Shown: positions 49,563-56,827 of the stretch, piece by piece
How positions within the stretch are numbered: position 1 is the first letter of the stretch
Layout: each line of letters begins with the position of its first letter
Program-made: the position numbers and the translations under genes
NCBI GenBank assembly: GCA_041752115.1
Contig: JBGSHS010000168.1
Location: forward strand, 37,291 to 101,290
Source: Pirellulaceae bacterium
Lineage (GTDB): Bacteria > Planctomycetota > Planctomycetia > Pirellulales > Pirellulaceae
Direction: 5' to 3'
DNA: 64,000 nt
The notes under the pieces: model-generated
Database searches by the model: none
The model's input: only the letters and a program-made list of their open reading frames with translations
Told to the model about the DNA's origin: nothing

Positions 49563-50720
49563 ATGCTCAGCAGACGTGAACGGCTCATGACCACTTTGCG
49601 CGGCGGGACGGTGGACCGGCCGGCGGTGAACTTCTATGAGATCGGTGGTTTCAAGGTCGATCCGCACGATCCCGATCCGTACAACATCTACAATTCGCCC
49701 GACTGGCAGCCGTTGCTCCAACTGGCCGAAGAGGAAACAGATATCATCCGATTGATGAGTCCCGTGCGAGCTCGGTCGATCGATCCCACAGGGTCGGCGG
49801 GCGGAGCGGTCCGCCGGGAGTTTTTTGCCGACGAGTCGTGGGAAGAGGGTTTCTGTCGGTTCTCGCGCACCACGGTGAAAGTGGCCGGGCGCACCATGAC
49901 TCAGCTGACTCGGCGCGACCGCGACCTCGACACCGTCTGGACCATCGAACATCTGCTCAAAGACACGGATGACCTGCAGGCGTATTTGACGATCCCGGAC
50001 GAGGCCTTTACGGAGACCATCGACATTGCGCCGCTGCTGGCCGAAGAGGCCGCGCTTGGCGACCGCGGTATCGTGATGGTCGACACCGAAGATCCGCTCT
50101 GCGCTGCCGCCGCTCTGTTCTCGATGGAAACGTACACGATCATCGCGCTGACCGAGCCGGCTTTGTTCCACCAGTTGCTCGAGAAGATGGCTCGCACCAT
50201 TGACCATCGCACGCAGCAGGTCAGCCAGCTGTTGCCAGGCCGGCTGTGGCGGATCTATGGCCCTGAATATGCCACTTCCCCGTACCTCCCTCCGCGACTG
50301 TTCCAGGAATACGTGGTGCGGTATGTCAGCCCCATGATTCGGACGATCCAGGCTCATAGTGGCTACGCTCGGATCCATTCGCATGGCCGCCTGCGTGATG
50401 TGCTGGATATGATCGCCGGTATGAAGCCCGACGGACTCGATCCGATTGAACCGCCCCCGCACGGCGATATGGCGCTGCGCGAAGTGCAGCATCGCTGCGG
50501 CCGACAACTGGTGCTGTTTGGAAACCTGGAAATCGCCGACATCGAATCGCTGCCACTCGATCGGTTCGAAGAAAAGGTGAAGCGGGCTCTGGACGAAGGG
50601 ACGTCCGATGACGGACGCGGCTTCGTGCTCCTGCCCAGTTCGTCCCCCTACGGCCGAACGATCTCCAGCACCACCATGCGGAATTATGAAGCCATGGTGC
50701 GACTGGTGCAGGGGGGATGA
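49563..50720 (+). CDS. Uroporphyrinogen decarboxylase (URO-D)-family protein of unknown substrate
   Basis: ATG 49563. MLSRRERLMTTLRGGTVDRPAVN... and RIHSHGRLRDVLDMIAGMKPDGLDPIEP fit the URO-D/MtaA-like TIM barrel pattern. Confidence 0.6.
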   Translation: MLSRRERLMTTLRGGTVDRPAVNFYEIGGFKVDPHDPDPYNIYNSPDWQPLLQLAEEETDIIRLMSPVRARSIDPTGSAGGAVRREFFADESWEEGFCRFSRTTVKVAGRTMTQLTRRDRDLDTVWTIEHLLKDTDDLQAYLTIPDEAFTETIDIAPLLAEEAALGDRGIVMVDTEDPLCAAAALFSMETYTIIALTEPALFHQLLEKMARTIDHRTQQVSQLLPGRLWRIYGPEYATSPYLPPRLFQEYVVRYVSPMIRTIQAHSGYARIHSHGRLRDVLDMIAGMKPDGLDPIEPPPHGDMALREVQHRCGRQLVLFGNLEIADIESLPLDRFEEKVKRALDEGTSDDGRGFVLLPSSSPYGRTISSTTMRNYEAMVRLVQGG

Positions 50721-51046
50721 AGGGGGAATAACCCGAAGGGCACGAAGGCAACAAGGATGATCAGGGAATGGGTTGCGGCCATGAGACGCGGATGTTGCCT
50801 GCTGGTACTATGCTGCGTTTGGACACTGAGCGGGACGCTCGACCGGTACGTGTGGATCTATACCGAACAGCCACAGTGGTGGCCTGTGGCTCAGCTGCCC
50901 GAGCCATACGTCGACGCGATGCGTCAGGCCAAACAGGCCACGGTGACAGTCTCAGGGCCGCTCACCAGTCGTTGACACTGGTTTGTGCATTTCTGACAAT
51001 AGTGTCATTAACGCACCACATTCCCCAATTCACGGGAGCAACGACA

Positions 51047-52480
51047 ATGTGTGAGGGATGTAATCGTCGTCAGTTCATGGGCGTCACGGCAGCTGGTGGA
51101 GCACTCTTGGCATCGCATCTGATGAGTCGCAGTGCTTCGGCCGCGGATGGTGAAACGGCTTGGCCTGCCATGCCGCCGGCCAAGATCTACCGCATCTTTG
51201 CCGGTCGGACGGGCGATGCTTATTTGACTCGCCCCACCGAAGAGATCGAGAAATTCAACAAGTACTTCGCGCAGCTCGAACAGAAGTTCGGTGACGTGAA
51301 GTTCGTCGGTGGCGACCTGGTTCCACCGGCCGATGTGGCAGCGGTGGCGGCCAATCTGAAAGATGCTGACGGCCTGCTGATCGTGCACCTGTCGGGCCAT
51401 GGCGGCGACGCGCCGGTTCTGAGCAAGCTGGTTGATGTCGGACTCCCCACCGTGCTCTTCTCGCAGCCGTTCAGCGGACACGGCTGGATGTATTTCCCGC
51501 AGTGGCACAAGCAGGGCAAGAAGGTCGTCTTGCTCCCCTCGAGCGACTGGAGCGAGATCGATCGAGCGGTGGGCATGCTGCGTGTTCCGGCCAAGATGAA
51601 GAACACTCGCATCATCGCCATCGGCCCGCCACACGGCACCGCCGCCGCTTGCGATGCCGCTCAGGTCAAAGAGAAACTGGGGGCCGACCTCATCACGATC
51701 AGCAACGACCAGGTGCTGGAAGTCTTCAACGCGATCGATCCGCAGGCTGCGGTGGCCGAGGCCGAAAAATACTGGATCGAGCCGGCTCAGGAGATTGTCG
51801 AACCGACTCGGGCCGAGATCTACGACTCCGCTCGGTACTACCTGGCTGTTCGCAAGATCATGATCGAACAGCAGGCACAGGCGGTCTGCAGTGTCCATTG
51901 CATGGGTAATCCGCGTGGCTGTCTGACCTTCAGCAAGCTCAACGACGAAGGCTATGTCGGAGCGTGCGAAGGCGATATCGACTCGACACTCACCATGCTG
52001 ATGTTCGCCTACGCGTTTGGCGTTCCCGGCTTCATTACCGATCCAGTCATCGATACAGCCAAGAACTCCATGGTCCACTTCCATTGTACGTCGGCCACCA
52101 AGCTTGACGGACCGAACGGCGAGCGGCGACCGTTCGTGATTCGCACGCAGACCGACAGTCGCGGCGGCGTCGCGCTGCAGGTCGAAAACCGCGTCGACCA
52201 GCCGGTCACGTGCGCCAAACTCGTCAATCTTGACACCTTGCTCTACACGCCCGGCAAGATCATCGAGACGAGCACCAGTCCGCTGGCCTGCCGCACTCAG
52301 TTCGCTCAGTCCGTGCCCGACGCACGCCGACTGTTCCTCGACTGGGGTGGCGACGTCATCCAGGGCGACACCATGACTCTGCTCCATCGCGTGGTGTTCT
52401 ATGGCGATCATCAGACCGCACTGGGAGATCTCGCCACGTTGATGGGCCTGAAGCTCAAAGAAGAAGGCGGTGCGGCGTAG
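51047..52480 (+). CDS. Tat-signal-bearing AraA/FucI-superfamily sugar isomerase-like protein
   Basis: ATG 51047 gives MCEGCNRRQFMGVTAAGGALLASHLMSRSASA (Tat motif, AxA site). GYVGACEGDIDSTLTMLMFAYAF parallels [22 protein letters not shown] of the araA product in this same window. Confidence 0.55.
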   Translation: MCEGCNRRQFMGVTAAGGALLASHLMSRSASAADGETAWPAMPPAKIYRIFAGRTGDAYLTRPTEEIEKFNKYFAQLEQKFGDVKFVGGDLVPPADVAAVAANLKDADGLLIVHLSGHGGDAPVLSKLVDVGLPTVLFSQPFSGHGWMYFPQWHKQGKKVVLLPSSDWSEIDRAVGMLRVPAKMKNTRIIAIGPPHGTAAACDAAQVKEKLGADLITISNDQVLEVFNAIDPQAAVAEAEKYWIEPAQEIVEPTRAEIYDSARYYLAVRKIMIEQQAQAVCSVHCMGNPRGCLTFSKLNDEGYVGACEGDIDSTLTMLMFAYAFGVPGFITDPVIDTAKNSMVHFHCTSATKLDGPNGERRPFVIRTQTDSRGGVALQVENRVDQPVTCAKLVNLDTLLYTPGKIIETSTSPLACRTQFAQSVPDARRLFLDWGGDVIQGDTMTLLHRVVFYGDHQTALGDLATLMGLKLKEEGGAA

Positions 52481-52508
52481 TCGAGAAGAGTCGAGAAACA
52501 AGCAGAAC

Positions 52509-52599
52509 GAGCGAGTGCTGGGAGAGGAGAGAGTAGAGCACAAGGAGACCCGCGGCCGTGATGGCCGCCTGGACCCCATGCTACTCTCTTCTCTCGCTC
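52509..52599. repeat. Long imperfect nested hairpin in the 3' region of the isomerase-like gene
   Basis: GAGCGAG...GAGAGGAGAGAGTAG pairs with CTACTCTCTTCTCTCGCTC. An inner stem GCGGCC-GTGAT-GGCCGC sits within it. Starts 29 nt after the stop at 52480. Confidence 0.6.
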
Positions 52600-52667
52600 C
52601 GTAGCACGCACTTAAGTGCTTCACTGCGCCGTCCAAGGGTTACGATCAGGCCGTTCGGCAGGGCGGT

Positions 52668-52841
52668 CGCGAACTGAAGTTCGCGCTACGACTCGCGAAC
52701 TGAAGTTCGCGCTACGACTCGCGAACTGAAGTTCGCGCTACGACTCGCGAACTGAAGTTCGCGCTACGGCTCGCGAACTGAAGTTCGCGCTACGACTCGC
52801 GAACTGAAGTTCGCGCTACGGCTCGCGAACTGAAGTTCGCG
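52668..52841. repeat. Seven head-to-tail copies of a 26-bp unit, each containing a perfect 7-bp-stem hairpin (REP-like family member 2)
   Basis: CGCGAAC-TGAA-GTTCGCG-CTACG(A/G)CT starts at 52668, 52694, 52720, 52746, 52772, 52798 and 52824. There are no variable spacers. The last unit runs into the TAG stop (52842-52844, minus) of the PQQ-like gene. Confidence 0.95.
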
Positions 52842-54152
52842 CTACGGCTGTCGCGAAGGGTTGTTCGCTCCACGACCGAGCGAGAATAAGTGAGAGGCGG
52901 TGCGCAGATAGAGCGCACCGCCTGCTACTGCCGGTGTGGCAAAACTCGGCTCTCCCAGTTCGACGCGGCCCCAGAGCTGGTACGTGTCAGCGGCTGCAAT
53001 CACCGCGACCGTCCCCTGCTTGTCAATGCAATACAGCCGGCCGTCGATGCACACGGGCGAGCCGAAGAAATTTCCCCCCACACGCTCCTGCCAGACCAAC
53101 TCACCGTCAGTAGCCCGCAAACACGTCACCACACCGCTGTCCGCCCAGAGGAACAACAGATTGCCAGAAGCGAGCGGGGTGGGAACCAGTGGAACTGACT
53201 TCTTCACGTCGTAAACGATCTCACCCTTCCCGCGTTCCCGGCCGTCGGGACGCACCGCCACAACCAGCTCTCCACTGGCTCCGTGTCCGTACCCGGCCAC
53301 GACCAGTTCGCCGACAGTGATCGGAGAACTCACGCATCGATCAGTAAACAGGTCGGGCACCTCCCAATTCACCTGACCGGTGGCCAAGTCCACTGCTGTG
53401 ATGCCATGGCTGGTGCTGGTCAGGATGAGTTCTGTCTGTCGCTCCGCATTGATGCGGAGGCAAGGAGTCGAATACGACGCCAACGTGGTCTTGCGATCCA
53501 GTCGCCAACGAATTTCACCCGACTTTCGATCGACGGCAATCACGAAGCTCCTGCCAATCGCTCCGTCCGGGTTCTCCTGGCCAATGATCCGCCCCAACAG
53601 CTGCATATCCTCCTGCATGTTGGCCAGCACCACCAGATCACCGGCAATGACCGGCGAGCTCCCGCTGCCATGTGGTCCAACGAACGGCCCCAGACTCCTC
53701 TGCCACAAGGTCTGACCGTCCGGGGCCAACGCCATCAAGAGAACTTCCTCCGGAGTGGTCCAGGTCACTACGATCCCCTGCTCGTCAACGGCCGGCGTGG
53801 CTGTGGCATAGCCATTGGAAGGGTGCTGCGCGAATGTTTCGGAGTTGAAGTCGCGTCGCCAGATCAGGCCGCCGTCGGAGGTGCGCAGGCAGAGGACGAT
53901 CCGTTGGGCCGTGTTGCTGTCGCCGGCCGTAAGATAGATCCGATCGCCCCAGACGACTGGCGAAGAATGTCCGGCGCCCGGCAGTTGCACTTTCCAGTTA
54001 TAGTCGCCATCGCTCCAGTGTGATGGGATACCAGCCGCGCTGCTCAGGCCCTCGCCGTTCGGTCCGCGCAGACGAGGCCAGGAGTCCTGTCCGCACGCAC
54101 TATGGAAAAGCATCGAAAACAGGATCACGCCGATCGCGTACTCGAGTTTCAC
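52842..54152 (-). CDS. PQQ-like beta-propeller repeat protein, secreted
   Basis: ORF 52842-54320. GTG 54152 is preceded by GGAGG (5-nt spacer) and gives (M)KLEYAIGVILFSMLFHSACG. Contains DSWPRLRGPNGEG and repeated propeller blades. Confidence 0.8.
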   Translation of the reverse strand: MKLEYAIGVILFSMLFHSACGQDSWPRLRGPNGEGLSSAAGIPSHWSDGDYNWKVQLPGAGHSSPVVWGDRIYLTAGDSNTAQRIVLCLRTSDGGLIWRRDFNSETFAQHPSNGYATATPAVDEQGIVVTWTTPEEVLLMALAPDGQTLWQRSLGPFVGPHGSGSSPVIAGDLVVLANMQEDMQLLGRIIGQENPDGAIGRSFVIAVDRKSGEIRWRLDRKTTLASYSTPCLRINAERQTELILTSTSHGITAVDLATGQVNWEVPDLFTDRCVSSPITVGELVVAGYGHGASGELVVAVRPDGRERGKGEIVYDVKKSVPLVPTPLASGNLLFLWADSGVVTCLRATDGELVWQERVGGNFFGSPVCIDGRLYCIDKQGTVAVIAAADTYQLWGRVELGEPSFATPAVAGGALYLRTASHLFSLGRGANNPSRQP

Positions 54153-54393
54153 GGGAACCTCCGATGATGGACGAATGCAGGATGAGGAAGATGGCAGTTG
54201 CAACGACAATATCCCTTGCCAAGCCATGCATTCGATTGTTGATGAGACAGTTCGTGACGGCAATCTGGGCAAAGACCGAATTAGTCTCACGCCCACGCTA
54301 CGCGGTAAGGGTGTTGTCATAGGCCAGGCAGGTCATAGTAGAATAGAGGCAACGGGCCACCCCAGTGAGTGGCGAGCGGTTGTTGCTACATGC

Positions 54394-54445
54394 ATCGCGG
54401 ACTGAAGTTCGCGCTACATGCATCGCGGATTGAAGTTCGCGCTAC
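54394..54445. repeat. Two REP-like hairpin units, 28-bp period (family member 3)
   Basis: AT-CGCGGAC-TGAA-GTTCGCG-CTAC (54394-54417) and AT-CGCGGAT-TGAA-GTTCGCG-CTAC (54422-54445). The stems need G-T wobble on the plus strand. Lies 16 nt upstream of ATG 54461. Confidence 0.8.
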
Positions 54446-54460
54446 GACGGAGGAATTTCC

Positions 54461-56560
54461 ATGAGCATCTCGGTAGCCTGCCAGTGCGGGTTTCAGAAGG
54501 ATGTACCGGATGACTGGCTGGGAATGCGTATCCAGTGCAAATGCGGACGCACCTTTGTGGTGGGCGAAGACGGCGGGATTATGGAACCACCGGTGGTGGC
54601 ACCGCCCGTGCGAAAGCCAGTCGCGGGCGACGGTCCGATCGTGCCGGCCGAACCCACGCCGCTGGACGAATCGCGTGTGTCTCCCACCGGTGACGCACCG
54701 TGGCAAATCCATTCGCCTGATCCACACAAAACGCTCGCCAATGTCCGTTTGCGACACCACCATGCCGCGCAGCGGCGCAGTCTCATGCTGCTCAGTGCAG
54801 CCTTGATTTCGCTCGCTTGTCTTGCGGCCTTGGCCATCGTTTTGCCACAGCACATGCCGTGGGCCGATGAAGAAGCTCCTCACGTGGCCGCGCTGCCGGA
54901 CCACGGTACGACTGAAGGCACTGGCGACGTCAAAAAGGGGAGGGCGGACGCCGAGTCCTCATCCGACTCGGCTGGAACGGACGACGACATGGCAGTCGCG
55001 CAGGAGATGTCTCAGGCTGATGGCTCTTCGTCGCTCGACGATCCAATGTCCGGCGACGAGAGCGGGCTATCCGGTGCAACGGGAGAACTGCGTAGCCGAG
55101 TGGCGGATCTGGTCCAGCTCGCTGCCAGCGACGGGCTCTTGCTGACGGGACTGTTTGGCGACCATTCCCCTGAGCTCTCGCTTTCCGCCGAACAGCAGAC
55201 GAAGATCGGGGAGATCTCGGTCCAGCTCAAGGCCAAGGACGAGGTGCTTGCATCCGGAGAACTGGAGCTGGACAAGTGGTACGCCGAGGCCGAGAAGATG
55301 GGGGAAGAACTACTGGCGGTGCTGGACGATGCACAGCAGCGGCAGTTGCGCGAACAAATCGAACGTGGCAGAGTGGAACGAATTGAGTTGCAGGATTATG
55401 CGGCCCGACTGCGACCCGAGTTGGAGATCCCCCGCATTTCCTGGCGGCTGGAAGCCGACGGAGTGAGGCTGCCGCCCATCAAAGACGCCGCTTTGTCGAT
55501 CGCCGCGGTGACCGGTTGCTATCTTCCCCAGAGCGCGACCGGTTGTATTGCCATCTCGCTCCCGGCTGCAGCCGGGAATTCAGCCTGTCAGCTGCAGATT
55601 CACAACCTGGCGACGAGTCTGGTGTTGGGAACCTGTGAGGTCCAACGGGTCGATCACGACCAGATTGTGATGTCTGCCGACGGACAGACTGTGGCCATTC
55701 GGCGACCGAGTGAGGATGGTCAGGAGGAGATCCAAGTCATGTCGGTTAAGTCGGGAAAGTTGCTCGCGAGCCGCGTGCTGCCCGCGACTGAGAGCGACCC
55801 GTCACACCCGTATGTGCTGCAGGACTGTATCGGGAACCAGGTGCTGTGCATCTCCGGACAGGGCTGTTGGGTCTGGAACTTTGAGTCCGCCAAGACGCAG
55901 GCGATTCCTTTTGAGGAAAGGTCATCCGAAACGCCACCGGTGGCGGCTATGAGTCCTGGCGGTCGGTACGTGATCGTCGCGCACCCTCGCGTTCCGGAAA
56001 GCAACGGGAAGCCCTGTCACATCCTGGAACTGTGTGCCTACGAGCTGGAAACAGGCCAGTTGCTCGGCAACCAGATCCTGTCGACCGACTATCGAGAGAT
56101 GAAAGCCGGAGCACTTGCCTGGAGCTATGATGGCAAGGAGCTTGCACTGCTATGGGATGTGCCGGCTCCCGATCCCAAACGGATGCTGTTGCATCTCAGC
56201 GCCATCAACGGCGATCTGCTCCGGACGGTCGATGGACTCCCGCCGGCAGCGGAAGGTTACGCTGGACAGCATGGACTCCAGCAGCGCGACTTGATGTGGT
56301 TGCCCGACAAGACCGGTTGGATCACCAATCTGCAGACGCTGGTCGAGTCGGAATCGGGAGCGCTGATTGACATCGAGTTGCCGAAGCTGCAGCAGGCACC
56401 GGAGCCGGGTCAACCGGACGGGGAGACGATCGTGGAAGTTGTTCCCGCCGGAGAAGGACGTCTGCTGCTGGTGATCGCTCGCCGCTTGGCCGAGCAGCCG
56501 TCGGTGGTCGAGCTGACCAGCCGCTTCCTCGATCTCCCGAAAATGGGACCGTTCATGTGA
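54461..56560 (+). CDS. Membrane-anchored protein: N-terminal zinc-ribbon-like CxC..CxC, one TM helix, acidic linker, LTxxQ-like helical segment, C-terminal WD40/beta-propeller-like region
   Basis: 699 aa. GGAGGA upstream. ACQCGFQKDVPDDWLGMRIQCKCG; TM helix LMLLSAALISLACLAALAIVL; LSAEQQ and LDDAQQ motifs; repeated ..DG..VA/L blades (SADGQTVAI, SPGGRYVIV, SYDGKELAL). Confidence 0.7.
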   Translation: MSISVACQCGFQKDVPDDWLGMRIQCKCGRTFVVGEDGGIMEPPVVAPPVRKPVAGDGPIVPAEPTPLDESRVSPTGDAPWQIHSPDPHKTLANVRLRHHHAAQRRSLMLLSAALISLACLAALAIVLPQHMPWADEEAPHVAALPDHGTTEGTGDVKKGRADAESSSDSAGTDDDMAVAQEMSQADGSSSLDDPMSGDESGLSGATGELRSRVADLVQLAASDGLLLTGLFGDHSPELSLSAEQQTKIGEISVQLKAKDEVLASGELELDKWYAEAEKMGEELLAVLDDAQQRQLREQIERGRVERIELQDYAARLRPELEIPRISWRLEADGVRLPPIKDAALSIAAVTGCYLPQSATGCIAISLPAAAGNSACQLQIHNLATSLVLGTCEVQRVDHDQIVMSADGQTVAIRRPSEDGQEEIQVMSVKSGKLLASRVLPATESDPSHPYVLQDCIGNQVLCISGQGCWVWNFESAKTQAIPFEERSSETPPVAAMSPGGRYVIVAHPRVPESNGKPCHILELCAYELETGQLLGNQILSTDYREMKAGALAWSYDGKELALLWDVPAPDPKRMLLHLSAINGDLLRTVDGLPPAAEGYAGQHGLQQRDLMWLPDKTGWITNLQTLVESESGALIDIELPKLQQAPEPGQPDGETIVEVVPAGEGRLLLVIARRLAEQPSVVELTSRFLDLPKMGPFM

Positions 56561-56827
56561 GATGGAGTGCGTCAAGCAGACGAGGCACAGGGCAGAAGGA
56601 GATGGCACGGAAGGAAAGCGTTGACATGTGATGAGCACAGAGGGGGGCTTAGTGTCGGCTCGGCTCAAAGCTGCCAGCGCAGTCGTCTCGCTCCCCCACG
56701 ATCGATTGCAGCTCGGCAAGATGCTGTTGATCGATCTGCCGAGGAAAGGTGTCGTATTTGCAGCGCAGATACGCGGCTGCTCCAACCGCCACTCCCGTAC
56801 GTTCCACCTCGGCGATTGCTGACACAA

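Noticed and set aside
48147-50507. 376-aa (48147-49277) and 361-aa (49422-50507) minus-strand ORFs
   Set aside because: They are antisense to the aldehyde dehydrogenase and URO-D-like genes. Neither has a recognisable motif, so both are treated as shadow ORFs.
51008-52636. 542-aa minus-strand ORF
   Set aside because: It is antisense to the Tat-signal isomerase-like gene. It has no motifs and a biased Arg/His/Asp composition, and it runs through the structured intergenic region.
52668-52841. CRISPR array?
   Set aside because: The period is 26 bp, with an 18-nt palindrome and an essentially invariant 8-nt linker. There are no unique spacers and no cas genes in the window.
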